DNA from: Candidatus Brocadiia bacterium
GTDB lineage: Bacteria > Planctomycetota > Brocadiia > CAIUPP01
DNA length: 64,000 nt
Assembly (NCBI GenBank): GCA_050015075.1
Contig: JBEKCB010000017.1
Location: 1 to 64,000 of the forward strand
Reading direction: 5' to 3'
Below the pieces are notes generated by a model. That model searched no databases. It saw only the letters and a program-made list of their open reading frames with translations, and was not told the origin of the DNA. Of this stretch, positions 46,522-56,614 are shown piece by piece; the stretch's first letter is position 1, and the number at the start of each line of letters is the position of its first letter. A program made the translations under genes and the position numbers.

Positions 46522-46851
46522 TCAGGTTTTGTCGGCGGGCAGGTAGGGCGTCTTGATAAAGATCACCCGCGCGGGTCCGCCGGCTTCGTTGCAGAGGTCG
46601 TGTCGTTCCGGCGGTTCCAGCCGGAAAACGTCGCCCGGCCCGGTCCGGATCCTTCGGCCGTCCACAACCAGGGTCGGGGTCCCCTCGAGGACGTAAAAAG
46701 TTTCCTCGACTTCCTTGTGCCCGTGCTCGCCCATCGCCTGGCCCGGCTTGAGCAGGATCAGGCCCCAGTCGAGTTTCGGGCCGCGCATGAAATACTTCAC
46801 GCCCCAATCGCCGCCGCGGAATTCGCAATCGCGCTCGTTGACCTTCTGCAT
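46522..46851 (-). CDS. Cupin domain protein
   Basis: H-x-H...EETFYVLEG...PGD...P-x-x-x-H. Confidence 0.88.
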   Translation of the reverse strand: MQKVNERDCEFRGGDWGVKYFMRGPKLDWGLILLKPGQAMGEHGHKEVEETFYVLEGTPTLVVDGRRIRTGPGDVFRLEPPERHDLCNEAGGPARVIFIKTPYLPADKT

Positions 46852-46871
46852 GGTTTGCCTCCGGGGATTCC

Positions 46872-47996
46872 TCAAATCGTTTTTCGGAGAATCTCGACGA
46901 GGTCCGCGTCAGTCGGGACCCGCGGGTTGTTCGCCGTGCTGCCGCTGCGACTCTCAGCGAGGATCCGCGGAAACGCAGATTCCTCGACGCCGAATCTCTC
47001 GAGCCCGCCGGTGATGCCGACGCGGCGGTTCAGCGCGTTCAGCGCCGCCGGGACCTCGCGGCCGGACTTGCAGCCGATCCGCTCCGCGATCCGGTCGAAC
47101 TTCTCCGGCTGCGCGGGCAGATTGAACTCGCACACCTGCGGCAGCAGCAGCGCGCAGGCCAGCCCATGCGGCACGTGAAAGAGCGCGCCGACCGGGTGCG
47201 CCAGGCCATGGACCGCGCCCAGCGCCGCGTTCGTGAATGCGAGGCCCGTCAGCAGGCTGCCGAGCGCCACCGGTTCGCGGTTCTCGATCTTCGAGCCGTC
47301 CTCGACCGCCGCCGGAAGATGCCGCGCGAGAAGCTCGATCGCCTGGAGCGCCAGCGCGTCCGACGCCGGGTTCGCGATACGGCCGACGAAGCACTCGATC
47401 GCTTGCGTCAGCGCGTCCATGCCGCTCTGGGCGGTGACGTCCGGCGGAAGAGCCAGCGTCAACTCCGGGTCCACCAGCGCCGCCTGCGGCACCATGAACT
47501 CGTGCCGGATTCCCTTCTTGGTCTGCGTCACCTCGTCAGTGAGAACGGAGACGCGCGTGCATTCGGAGCCTGTGCCCGCCGTCGTGGGCGCGGCGGCGAA
47601 GAAGAGCGACGGCCTTTCGAGATTGCGCTGCCCGCGGAAGAACTCGCGAACCGTGAAAGACTGCGGCAGCATCGCCGCGACGATCTTGCCCGCGTCGAGC
47701 GCGCTGCCGCCGCCGATCGAGACGACCATGTCGCAGCCGGCATCGCGCGCAGCGGCGATGGCGCGGTCGCACGTGGCCAGGCTCGGGTCGTTCTCGACGC
47801 CCTCGAAAAGCCGCACGGCGATTCCCGCGGCCGCCAGCATCTCTTCCGCCTGCGCCAGTTTGCCGGAGCGGCGCAGCGCCGAGCGGCCCGTCACCAGCAG
47901 CGTGCGCCGGCCGTTTCCTCGGCAGACCTCGCCGAGGCGCGAAAACGTCCCCGTCCCGAACAGAATCTTCCTGGGGAAAACCAAGTCGAATTTCAT
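46872..47996 (-). CDS. Iron-containing alcohol dehydrogenase
   Basis: GGGSALDAGK, PTTAGTGSE, GMDALTQAIE and HGLAH...HG. Confidence 0.93.
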   Translation of the reverse strand: MKFDLVFPRKILFGTGTFSRLGEVCRGNGRRTLLVTGRSALRRSGKLAQAEEMLAAAGIAVRLFEGVENDPSLATCDRAIAAARDAGCDMVVSIGGGSALDAGKIVAAMLPQSFTVREFFRGQRNLERPSLFFAAAPTTAGTGSECTRVSVLTDEVTQTKKGIRHEFMVPQAALVDPELTLALPPDVTAQSGMDALTQAIECFVGRIANPASDALALQAIELLARHLPAAVEDGSKIENREPVALGSLLTGLAFTNAALGAVHGLAHPVGALFHVPHGLACALLLPQVCEFNLPAQPEKFDRIAERIGCKSGREVPAALNALNRRVGITGGLERFGVEESAFPRILAESRSGSTANNPRVPTDADLVEILRKTI

Positions 47997-48178
47997 TGGG
48001 CGTCTTCCTGTCCCGGGCTGATTTCCAATGGCGGCGATTATACTACATTCCCGACCGCGATGAGTCACAAGAATTCAGGTTTTCAGAAGGGCTGCATGAA
48101 CGGCGCAAGGAACGGGCTAGTTGACCTGCCAAGTCGGGTATGTTAGATTGGATAAATTATCCAGCGAAAGGAACTTCC

Positions 48179-49108
48179 ATGGCGAAGTGCGCGCTCAATA
48201 TTCTCGAACTGGTCGGCGACACGCCGATTGTTCGGCTGAACCGCCTGCCGGGACCGAAAGACGCCACCGTCTGGGCGAAGCTGGAGTCGTTCAACCCGAT
48301 GTCCTCGGTTAAGGACCGCATCTGCCTGGCGATGATCGAGGCCGCCGAGAAGGAAGGGAAGCTCAAGAATGGCATGACGGTCGTCGAGCCCACGAGCGGG
48401 AACACCGGCATCGGCCTGGCCATGGTCGCGACGGTTAAAGGCTATCGGCTGATCCTCACCATGCCCGATACGATGTCCGTCGAGCGGCGAAAACTGCTGA
48501 AGGCGCTCGGGGCGGAATTGGTCCTGACGTCCGGCGCCGAAGGGATGCCCGGCGCCATCCGCAAAGCCGAGGAACTGGTCGCGTCGAGCCGGGATTACTA
48601 CATGCCGCAGCAGTTCAACAATCCGGCCAACCCGGAGGCGCATCGGTGTACGACTGCGCTGGAGATCCTTGAGCAGATGGACGGCAAGGTGGACGCGTTC
48701 GTGGCCGGCATCGGCACCGGCGGCACGATCACCGGCGTGGGAGAAATATTGAAGAAGCGGATCCCGACGGTGCAGATCATCGCCGTCGAGCCGGCCGCCT
48801 CGCCGGTGTTGAGCGGCGGCCCGCCGGGCCGGCATCGCATCCAGGGCATCGGCGCGGGCTTCGTGCCGGCGGTGTTCAACCGCAGTATCGTGGACCGCAT
48901 CATTCCTGTGCCCGATGAGCAGGCGGCGGAGACGGCGCGCCGGCTGGCGCGGGAAGAAGGCATCTTTGCGGGCATCTCCTCCGGCGCCGCGGCCTTCGCG
49001 GCGCTGCAGGTCGCCCGCGAGCTGGGCAGCGGAAAGAACCTCGTCGTCCTGCTGCCGGATACCGGAGAGCGATACCTGAGCACGGACCTTTTCGAGGCGA
49101 TGGCGTAA
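48179..49108 (+). CDS. cysK: Cysteine synthase A
   Basis: [40 protein letters not shown] and [10 protein letters not shown]. Confidence 0.96.
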   Translation: MAKCALNILELVGDTPIVRLNRLPGPKDATVWAKLESFNPMSSVKDRICLAMIEAAEKEGKLKNGMTVVEPTSGNTGIGLAMVATVKGYRLILTMPDTMSVERRKLLKALGAELVLTSGAEGMPGAIRKAEELVASSRDYYMPQQFNNPANPEAHRCTTALEILEQMDGKVDAFVAGIGTGGTITGVGEILKKRIPTVQIIAVEPAASPVLSGGPPGRHRIQGIGAGFVPAVFNRSIVDRIIPVPDEQAAETARRLAREEGIFAGISSGAAAFAALQVARELGSGKNLVVLLPDTGERYLSTDLFEAMA

Positions 49109-49153
49109 GACGGAACGGAACGAGTGGTCGGTTACACAAGAAATGACAGGCCG

Positions 49154-49239
49154 TGTCACCCTGAGCGAAGCGAAGGGTCTCACACCATGAACCGTTGCAG
49201 GCCGTTGCGTATGAGATTCCTCGCTGCGCTCGGAATGAC
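49154..49239. repeat. REP-like intergenic inverted repeat
   Basis: TGTCACCCTGAGCGAAGCGAAGGGTCTC ... GAGATTCCTCGCTGCGCTCGGAATGAC form an imperfect inverted pair. Confidence 0.7.
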
Positions 49240-49284
49240 GATCTTATCAGTTCGCGTGTAACGAAACACCAGGGAATTCAGGAC

Positions 49285-50487
49285 ATGGCAAAGACCATCC
49301 AAGAGATCAACGAGAAAATCCGCAAGGGCCAGGTGGTCGTTGTGGACGCCGAGGAGGTCATCGAGATCGTCGCCGAGAAGGGCGCGAAGAAGGCGGCGCA
49401 GGAAGTGGACGTCGTGACGACCGGAACGTTCGGACCGATGTGCTCTTCGGGCGCATTCCTGAACACCGGCCACACCAAGCCGCGCTGCAAGTTCGCGCGA
49501 GCCTGGCTCAATAACATCAACGCGTATGCCGGGCTCGCGGCCGTGGATATCTACATCGGCGCCACCGAACTGCCCGCCGGCGATCCGGCCAACAGTGTCT
49601 TCCCCGGCAAGTTCGAGTACGGCGGCGGGCACGTGATCGAGGACCTCGTCGCCGGCAAGGACGTGGAACTGCGCGCCGAGGCGTATCCGACGGACTGCTA
49701 TCCGCGCAAGGAAGTCCGGTCGCGCATCTGCCTGAAGGACCTCAACCAGGCGGTGCTCACCAACCCGCGCAACGTGTACCAGAACTACAACGTGGCGGTG
49801 AACCGCGACGCCAAGCGCGTCCTCTACACCTACATGGGCCTGCTCCAGCCGAACATGGGCAATGCCAATTACTGCTCGGCCGGCCAGCTCAGTCCGCTGC
49901 TGAACGACCCGCTCTACCGCACCATCGGCCTGGGCACGCGCATCTTCCTCGGCGGAGGCGTCGGTTATGTCTGGTGGGAAGGCACTCAGCACGCGCCGGC
50001 GGCCGCCCGCGCGCCGAACGGCGCGCCGCTCGCGCCGGCCGGAACGCTGGCCGTCTGCGGCGACCTTAAGGGGATGAACCCTCGCTGGATCAAGGGCGTC
50101 TCGCTCGTCGGCTACGGCGTCAGCCTCGCCGTCGGCGTCGGGATCCCGATCCCGATCCTCGACGAGGAAACGATGCGCTACTGCGCAGTCAGCGACGCGG
50201 ACCTCGTCGCGCCCATCGTGGATTACTCCACCGACTATCCGCAATGCGTCCCGGGCAACCTCGGCACGGTGAGCTACAAGGAACTCAAGAGCGGCAAGAT
50301 CACGGTGAACGGGAAGGCGATCCCCACGGCCGGACTTTCCAGCTATGCCCGCGCGAAAGAGATCGCCACGGTCCTCAAGGACTGGATCAAGAAGGGCGAG
50401 TTCCTCCTGACGCAGCCCGTGTCGCCGCTTCCGGGACTGGAGAGCGGCCAGAAATGCAAGCCGTTCGTCGAGCGGCCGCCGGTCTGA
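49285..50487 (+). CDS. Homocysteine biosynthesis protein (aspartate-semialdehyde sulfurtransferase, DUF39/MA1821-like)
   Basis: KTIQEINEKI, VDVVTTGTFGPMCSSGA, YGGGHVIEDL and SAGQLSPLLNDP. Confidence 0.93.
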   Translation: MAKTIQEINEKIRKGQVVVVDAEEVIEIVAEKGAKKAAQEVDVVTTGTFGPMCSSGAFLNTGHTKPRCKFARAWLNNINAYAGLAAVDIYIGATELPAGDPANSVFPGKFEYGGGHVIEDLVAGKDVELRAEAYPTDCYPRKEVRSRICLKDLNQAVLTNPRNVYQNYNVAVNRDAKRVLYTYMGLLQPNMGNANYCSAGQLSPLLNDPLYRTIGLGTRIFLGGGVGYVWWEGTQHAPAAARAPNGAPLAPAGTLAVCGDLKGMNPRWIKGVSLVGYGVSLAVGVGIPIPILDEETMRYCAVSDADLVAPIVDYSTDYPQCVPGNLGTVSYKELKSGKITVNGKAIPTAGLSSYARAKEIATVLKDWIKKGEFLLTQPVSPLPGLESGQKCKPFVERPPV

Positions 50488-50518
50488 AGAACAGATGAGA
50501 AGCTGAAGGAGTTCGGTC

Positions 50519-50926
50519 ATGGCCAGCGAAAAAGTCGTCCTCAAGTTCCCGCCGCACATCGTCCGCGAGCCGATCGTGTACCATCTGATCAAGGACTACG
50601 ACCTGCGCGTGAGCATCATGCGGGCCAGCATCAACCCCGATGAAGCCGGCCAGATGGTCCTGGCGATCGAGGGGAACAAGAAGCAGCTCGAGGCGGGACG
50701 CGAGTACCTCGAGAGGAAAGGCGTGCTGCTGCAGCCGCTTTCGAAGGACGTGCTCTGGCGTGAAGACCGGTGCGTGCATTGCACGGCGTGCATCTCGGTC
50801 TGCCCGACGGCGGCGCTCCAGGTGAACCGGTCCACCATGATCGTGTCGTTCGACAGCGACAAGTGCATCGGGTGCGAGCTGTGCATCCCGGTGTGCATTT
50901 ACAAGGCGATGGAGATCCAGTTCTAA
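50519..50926 (+). CDS. NIL domain plus 2x[4Fe-4S] ferredoxin (MA1822-like partner)
   Basis: PIVYHLIKDYDL (NIL); CVHCTACISVCP and CIGCELCIPVC. Confidence 0.9.
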   Translation: MASEKVVLKFPPHIVREPIVYHLIKDYDLRVSIMRASINPDEAGQMVLAIEGNKKQLEAGREYLERKGVLLQPLSKDVLWREDRCVHCTACISVCPTAALQVNRSTMIVSFDSDKCIGCELCIPVCIYKAMEIQF

Positions 50927-51402
50927 TGCGCTTATCCACGAGAGGTCGTTACGGTCTGCGGGCGATGATGGACATCGCGATTTACGGCGCCGAGGGGCCG
51001 GTCAATCTCAAGGAAATCTCCGCGCGGCAGGAAATCTCCGTGGATTACCTGGAGCAACTCCTGCGTCGCCTGCGGACAGCGGGGCTCGTGCGGAGCGTCC
51101 GCGGGCCGCACGGCGGCTTTGCGCTGGCGAAGCCGTCGGAGAAGGTTCACGTGTGGGAAATCCTCGCGGCGCTGGAGCCGGACATCGCCCCGGTGTTCTG
51201 CGTGGATGAGAAACTCCTCGCCCGCGTGCCGAAGAAGCGCTGCAAGCGGATGAGCCGCTGCGCGACGCACCTCCTCTGGCTTGGCCTTGCGGAACAGATG
51301 CGCGCCTATCTGCAAAGCAGGTCGCTCCACGACCTCGTCGAGTCCAGCGCTCGAATCTGCAATGAGTCCACACCGGGCGAGCCGGTGACCTTCCAGATCT
51401 GA
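50926..51402 (+). CDS. Rrf2-family transcriptional regulator (IscR/CymR-like)
   Basis: MRLSTRGRYGLRAM, YLEQL and SVRGPHGGF; three Cys plus His in the C-terminal part. Confidence 0.93.
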   Translation: MRLSTRGRYGLRAMMDIAIYGAEGPVNLKEISARQEISVDYLEQLLRRLRTAGLVRSVRGPHGGFALAKPSEKVHVWEILAALEPDIAPVFCVDEKLLARVPKKRCKRMSRCATHLLWLGLAEQMRAYLQSRSLHDLVESSARICNESTPGEPVTFQI

Positions 51403-51482
51403 GTGCGGAGTGCGGAGTGAACGAACGGCAGTATGTGCTCCAGTCCGCAATCCGCCTTCAGCATTCCGCAATCCACAGTCGC
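51401..51482. repeat. Heptamer-type intergenic repeats in inverted arrangement
   Basis: GAGTGCG-GAGTGCG-GAGTG followed by TCCGCAA/TTCCGCA-like units. Confidence 0.5.
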
Positions 51483-51547
51483 ACTCTGTTGACCGAACCT
51501 CCTGAACGGGATAGGATACGGCTTGGCAGCCGCGTCCGAAGAATCAC

Positions 51548-51621
51548 GGGCCCATAGCTCAGTTGGATAGAGCGGCGGACTCATAATCCGTTGGTCCCCC
51601 GTTCGAATCGGGGTGGGCCCA
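51548..51621 (+). tRNA. tRNA with CAT anticodon, most likely tRNA-Ile2; CCA not encoded
   Basis: GGGCCCA-TAGCTCAG...GCGGA-CTCATAA-TCCGT...GTTCGAAT...TGGGCCC-A; lacks initiator features. Confidence 0.9.
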
Positions 51622-51691
51622 TTTATGCCTATGTCGAATGCTTAATGGAGCAGGGCTTCCGCGTGCTTTCGGGGCGAGGGGAGGAAACAAG

Positions 51692-52714
51692 ATGGGCATA
51701 CATCGGTCATCGCTGAAACGTTCCGTGCGCATTCTGACTGGGGCGGCGCTGGGCGCGCTTTGTTTCGGCTTCGGGTCTTCCGCCGGCGACCGGCCGGCGA
51801 TGCCGGCCGTGACTCAACCGGTATTGTTCAATACGCCCGAGGCCGATAAAATCCTCGTCGCGCTGCAGGTGTTCCCGCCCGACAATCCCTGGAACGAGGA
51901 CATCTCGAAACTCCCCGTCCTCAAGAACTCTGAAGCGATGATCGCGACGATCGGGCCGCAGAAGAAGTTGGCATATAACCTCGATATGAACTTCGTCCTG
52001 GTCCCGGGCGACCAGGAGCGCGTCGAGGCGAAAATCCTGGGCTATCCGGGTGAATCGGATAAAGGCCCGTACCCGATTCCCGACAACGCGCCGATCGAGG
52101 GCTGGCCGCTGGACGGGCGCACGCTCGCCGCCGCGCAGACCGGTACGGAAGACACAGACCGGCACATGATCGTCGTGGACCCGGTGAACCGCATGCTCTA
52201 TGAGTTCTACCAGGGGCGCAAGACCGCCACCGGTTGGACGTGCACCAGCGCGGCGGTCTTCGACCTGAAGTCGAACAAACTCCGGCCCGACGGCTGGACT
52301 TCGACCGACGCGGCCGGACTGCCGATCTTCCCGGCGATCATTCGCTACGACGAGGTCGAGCGCGGTATGGTCGAACACGCGATGCGCTTCACGGTGAGGC
52401 ACACGCGCCGGACGTACGTTTATCCGGCCACACATTTCGCCAGCAGGAATCCGGACCCGAATCTGCCGCGGATGGGCGAGCGGTTCAGACTGCGGGCGGA
52501 TTTCGACATCACCGGCTTCTCGCCGCACATGCAGGCGATTCTCAAGGGGCTGAAGAAGTACGGCATGTTCGTGGCCGATAACGGCGGCGACTGGCGCATC
52601 TCCGTCGCGCCGGACACGCGAATCAAGGGGCTGAACGAACTGCGAAAGTTGAAAGGCTCGGATTTCGAGGTTGTCGAGCCGACCGGGCCGAACGAGGGTC
52701 CGCGGGCGAAATGA
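51692..52714 (+). CDS. Conserved exported hypothetical protein
   Basis: Signal peptide; FPPDNPWN, DRH, GWTSTDAAGLP, HAMRFT and LKKYGMFVADNG. Confidence 0.8.
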   Translation: MGIHRSSLKRSVRILTGAALGALCFGFGSSAGDRPAMPAVTQPVLFNTPEADKILVALQVFPPDNPWNEDISKLPVLKNSEAMIATIGPQKKLAYNLDMNFVLVPGDQERVEAKILGYPGESDKGPYPIPDNAPIEGWPLDGRTLAAAQTGTEDTDRHMIVVDPVNRMLYEFYQGRKTATGWTCTSAAVFDLKSNKLRPDGWTSTDAAGLPIFPAIIRYDEVERGMVEHAMRFTVRHTRRTYVYPATHFASRNPDPNLPRMGERFRLRADFDITGFSPHMQAILKGLKKYGMFVADNGGDWRISVAPDTRIKGLNELRKLKGSDFEVVEPTGPNEGPRAK

Positions 52715-52770
52715 GCGTCGAGCGCGGAGCGTTCCATGCGGTTCAGGGCAAACTGCGGAGGGATGCGGCG

Positions 52771-54165
52771 ATGAAGAAGGCCATCGTCGGGGTTCTGGCG
52801 TGTGCGCTGGCGGTTGCGTTCGCCGCGTGCGCCTGGATGGGCATTACGCAGCACAACGGGTCATGCTGGGAATCCTCCACCATCGTTCGCGTGGAGGGAC
52901 CGGGCCTGACTGCGGGGAACTTCTCCCTGGGTTACATGCGTTGGTTGACCGCGCCGGCTGATGGAAATCCAGGCGCGCTGCTGGTACGGGACGGCGACCT
53001 GCTGTATGTCAAACTGGAGGGGAAAGATGCCGATAAAGAAGACTTCATCGTTCCGTGGAGGCTCGACGACGGCGCGAAACTGTCGCTTAAGATGGAGGGC
53101 CCGTGCCTGATTCTGGGCGAGCGGGTCGTTTCGCTCGTCCTCGGGAAAGATGCGGCGGGTTGGGACTGGCTCGCCAAAGCCTCGAAGGGGGACTTGGCCG
53201 CGCTGCAGTTCGTCAAGGTTGACGGGGCGATCCCGGACGACCGGTATGGTCTGTTCGAGAAACTAGCGCAGGTCAACCCGCACGTCGGCCTTGCGGTGCC
53301 CGGCAGCGCAGTCCTGGCACGCGTGCCCTCGCTTGATCCGCGCTTTCTCATGCTGGAGGACGGCCCGGTCGCGCAGGCGGACTTGGACGCGCTTGCGAAG
53401 CGGAACGCAATTGAGACCCTCCAGCTCAGTCTGGAGAACGCGGATTTGAATCTCCAGGGACTCGCGGCGCTGCCGAAGCTGCGCCGGCTCATGCTCGAGA
53501 AACATGAATCGGCGAAAACGGCCCTGCCCGACTTGCCGCGCCTGGAATCGCTTACTTTCTATGATAGCACTCTCCAGGATCTGACGCCGCTCAAGCCGTT
53601 GACCGGGCTGAAGGAATTGAACATCACTCTGGGTACCACGATCAGCCTCAAGGGTATCGAAGCGCTGCCGCAGCTTCAGGAGGTGGGCGTTAATTGCAAG
53701 GATAAAAAGGCGCTGGATTGCGCCCCGCTCGACGGCCTGAAGCGGCTTCGATGGTTGGCGCTCGGGCCGTGCGTCTCGGCCGACGAGTTCGTGCGGGTCG
53801 TTCAAACGCATCCGGACCTTCAAGTGGTCGAGGTTTTGGGATGCGAGGGGATCAAAAGTCTCGCGCCGTTGGCGAGCCTGCATGAGCTCAAGGCGCTGGT
53901 CTTCCTGCCGACTCCCGCCGAGAAGGACAATGAAGTCTCGATCGAGCCATTCAAACAGATGAAGCAACTCCGCCTGCTGGTCCTTTCGGAGGAGGCGTTC
54001 AAGGAAAAGCCGGGCGACTTGGCCGAACTGCGCGCCGAATTGCCCGGTTGCGTCATCGCCGAGGGTGAGCCATTCTGCCTGGGCTCCGGCCGCATCCTGC
54101 TGCTCGTCCCGGCGGTGGCTTTGGGGTGGCTGTTCATCGCCGGACGGCGGAGTCGGGCGGCATGA
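52771..54165 (+). CDS. Leucine-rich-repeat protein with N-terminal signal and C-terminal TM/basic tail
   Basis: L-x-x-L-x-x-L-x-x-L-x-L repeats; ends CLGSGRILLLVPAVALGWLFIAGRRSRAA. Confidence 0.85.
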   Translation: MKKAIVGVLACALAVAFAACAWMGITQHNGSCWESSTIVRVEGPGLTAGNFSLGYMRWLTAPADGNPGALLVRDGDLLYVKLEGKDADKEDFIVPWRLDDGAKLSLKMEGPCLILGERVVSLVLGKDAAGWDWLAKASKGDLAALQFVKVDGAIPDDRYGLFEKLAQVNPHVGLAVPGSAVLARVPSLDPRFLMLEDGPVAQADLDALAKRNAIETLQLSLENADLNLQGLAALPKLRRLMLEKHESAKTALPDLPRLESLTFYDSTLQDLTPLKPLTGLKELNITLGTTISLKGIEALPQLQEVGVNCKDKKALDCAPLDGLKRLRWLALGPCVSADEFVRVVQTHPDLQVVEVLGCEGIKSLAPLASLHELKALVFLPTPAEKDNEVSIEPFKQMKQLRLLVLSEEAFKEKPGDLAELRAELPGCVIAEGEPFCLGSGRILLLVPAVALGWLFIAGRRSRAA

Positions 54166-54821
54166 GTTCCGGCCGAACGCAACCGCTTCTGGAAGCGCTG
54201 CTGGCCGCGGCGGGAATGGTCCTCTTTGCGCTTTTCGTCCGAAGCGGCCCGCCGTGGAGTCTTGTCTCCTGCCTTGGATTGGCGCTGACGGCGCTGGCGG
54301 TGCTGCTGTCGCTGCGCCGCGAGCGGACGATGGCCGGCCTTCTCGGCCTGGTGCCCTTCGGCAGGCGCGCCGCGTTCATGGGACTTCTCGGCATTGGGCT
54401 GGGGCTCGGGTTCGGGTTGCTCTTTCGATGGAAGTTCGGGCTGCACTGGTTCCCGGGCGCGCTGGGGCCGTTCGCGCCGGTGGCGGGGGCCATCGGCGGC
54501 GTCGAAGAACTGCTCTACCGTGGATACGTGCAGGGGCGTCTGAACCGGATCAACGGCGTCCTGGGCGTGATCGGCGCCGCCGCCGCGCATACAGCGTACA
54601 AGACTGCGCTGTTCCTGCCGCCTGTCCTGGGCCCGTCGAGCGGCCCGCCGGCCGGCGTTGACGTGGACTGGCGCGTCCTGGTGTTCTGGACGTTTTCAGG
54701 TGGCCTGATCTTCGGCGTGTTGAGGCAGGTCGCGCGGAATGTTGCCCCGGCGCTCGCGGCGCACGTCGCTTTCGACGTGGTCGTGTACGGCGAGCTTGCC
54801 CGCGCGCCGTGGTGGGTGTGA
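54162..54821 (+). CDS. CPBP (Abi/type II CAAX) intramembrane protease
   Basis: EELLYRG, AAH and AHVAFD motifs; multiple TM helices; ATGA overlap with the LRR gene. Confidence 0.88.
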   Translation: MSSGRTQPLLEALLAAAGMVLFALFVRSGPPWSLVSCLGLALTALAVLLSLRRERTMAGLLGLVPFGRRAAFMGLLGIGLGLGFGLLFRWKFGLHWFPGALGPFAPVAGAIGGVEELLYRGYVQGRLNRINGVLGVIGAAAAHTAYKTALFLPPVLGPSSGPPAGVDVDWRVLVFWTFSGGLIFGVLRQVARNVAPALAAHVAFDVVVYGELARAPWWV

Positions 54822-54979
54822 AAAACAAGTTGCTTTTGCCCCCTTGACATGCGATACTTTGATGAGGCGCGTCGCGTGCTGTCCGGCGGAACTCAGGGTT
54901 CCGCCAGCCGAAAGTGCGCCCGTTCGATGACCCGGCCACCAGGGATCGGGTCGCTGTGCTTTTTGTCAGGAGGCCGACG

Positions 54980-55318
54980 GTGGGGAAGAAATTGTACGTG
55001 GGGAGCCTTAGCTATAATGTGACGAGCGCGGAATTGCAGAAGCAGTTCGCCGCGTTCGGCACGGTGACCAGCGCGGATGTGGTGATGGACCGCGAAACCG
55101 GCCGGAGCAAGGGCTTCGGTTTCGTGGAGATGAGCACGGAAGAGGAAGCGAAGGCGGCGATTACCGGGCTGAACGGCAAGGAACTCGACGGACGCTCGAT
55201 CATTGTCAACGAAGCGCGGCCGAAGCCTGAAGGCGGCCGTGGCGGCGGCGGCGGTGGCGGCGGACGCGGCGGATTCGGTGGCGGCGGTGGCGGCGGCGGA
55301 CGCGGACCGCGGTACTAG
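54980..55318 (+). CDS. RRM RNA-binding protein with Gly-rich tail
   Basis: KLYVGSL, RSKGFGFVEM and VNEARP. Confidence 0.95.
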   Translation: MGKKLYVGSLSYNVTSAELQKQFAAFGTVTSADVVMDRETGRSKGFGFVEMSTEEEAKAAITGLNGKELDGRSIIVNEARPKPEGGRGGGGGGGGRGGFGGGGGGGGRGPRY

Positions 55319-55352
55319 TCCGCTTCGAGCGAGTCGTTCCGCAGAAATAGGC

Positions 55353-55422
55353 GGGGCGGTGCGCAGGTTGATCCGGATCGTTTCGGACCCGGAGTGACCT
55401 GCACCGCCCCGTTTTTTTATTT
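55353..55422 (+). terminator. Long hairpin intrinsic terminator
   Basis: CGGGGCGGTGC...GCACCGCCCCG followed by TTTTTTTATTT. Confidence 0.75.
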
Positions 55423-55492
55423 CAGGTCCCGGCGACCAGCCGCGCGCTGGGATATAATTATTACAGGAGGGGTAGTTGCAAAGGAGACAAAC

Positions 55493-56614
55493 ATGGATAT
55501 GCTGAAAATCCCATCTTTCGCGTCGGGCTTGGCGGTATTGCTCCTGCTGAGCAGTTGCGGGGGCGGCATCGACAGCCATACGGCTCGCGCTGAGGACAAG
55601 ACAGGAGGGGCGCCAATGGAAGAAGCCATTTTTGCGGGCGGATGCTTCTGGTGCATGCAGGCGCCGTTCGAGAAGCTCAAAGGCGTTTCGAGCGTCGTCT
55701 CCGGTTATACCGGCGGTGCAGGCCAGAACCCGACTTACGACGATTACGCGGAGAAAGGCCACGTCGAGGCGATTGACGTGACGTTCGATCCGGCGCAGAT
55801 TACGTATTCTCAACTTCTCGACGTCTTCTGGCGGCAGATTGATCCCACCGACGCCGGCGGACAGTTCGTGGATCGCGGCCCTCAGTACCGGTCGGCCATT
55901 TTCTACCTCAACGATCAACAGAAACTTCTGGCGGAGAAGTCCAGACAGGACCTCGCCGCGTCCGGGAAGTTCGACAAGCCGGTCGTCACCGAAATCGTCA
56001 AGGCCTCCGTCTTCTACAAGGCCGAGGACTATCACCAGGACTACTACAAGAAAAACCCGATCCGGTACAAATTCTATCGCTCCAGGTCCGGGCGCGACGA
56101 TTACCTCGACAAGGTCTGGGGCAAGGACCGCAACGTGAGTGAGTCGCACGCGAGCGCCCAGGGATTCTCCAAGCCCACCCTGGCGGAGCTCAAGAAGAGC
56201 CTGACCGCGATCCAGTACAAGGTCACGCAGGAGAGCGGCACTGAGCCGCCGTTCAAGAACGAGTACTGGAACAACGAGCGCGCCGGGATCTATGTGGACG
56301 TCGTTTCCGGGGAGCCGCTCTTCTCCTCGCTGGACAAATTCGAATCCGGCACGGGCTGGCCGAGTTTCACGCGGCCGCTGGAACCGGGCAACATCGTCGA
56401 GCGCGAGGACAACTCGCTCTTCTCGAAGCGCACGGAAGTTCGCAGCAAGGGCGCGGATTCGCATCTCGGCCACGTCTTCGACGACGGGCCCGCGCCGACC
56501 GGACTGCGCTACTGCATGAACTCCGCCGCGCTCCGGTTCATCCCGAAGGAAGACCTGGAGAAGGAAGGCTACGGCAAGTACCTGCCCGTCTTCGACAAGG
56601 CCGCGGCACACTAG
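55493..56614 (+). CDS. msrAB: Bifunctional peptide methionine sulfoxide reductase, lipoprotein
   Basis: Lipobox LSSC; FAGGCFWC and AEDYHQ (MsrA); [14 protein letters not shown] and RYCMNS (MsrB). Confidence 0.95.
   Translation: MDMLKIPSFASGLAVLLLLSSCGGGIDSHTARAEDKTGGAPMEEAIFAGGCFWCMQAPFEKLKGVSSVVSGYTGGAGQNPTYDDYAEKGHVEAIDVTFDPAQITYSQLLDVFWRQIDPTDAGGQFVDRGPQYRSAIFYLNDQQKLLAEKSRQDLAASGKFDKPVVTEIVKASVFYKAEDYHQDYYKKNPIRYKFYRSRSGRDDYLDKVWGKDRNVSESHASAQGFSKPTLAELKKSLTAIQYKVTQESGTEPPFKNEYWNNERAGIYVDVVSGEPLFSSLDKFESGTGWPSFTRPLEPGNIVEREDNSLFSKRTEVRSKGADSHLGHVFDDGPAPTGLRYCMNSAALRFIPKEDLEKEGYGKYLPVFDKAAAH

Noticed and set aside
51548-51700. Second island integrated at tRNA(CAT)
   Set aside because: No duplicate of its 3' end and no integrase found downstream within the window.
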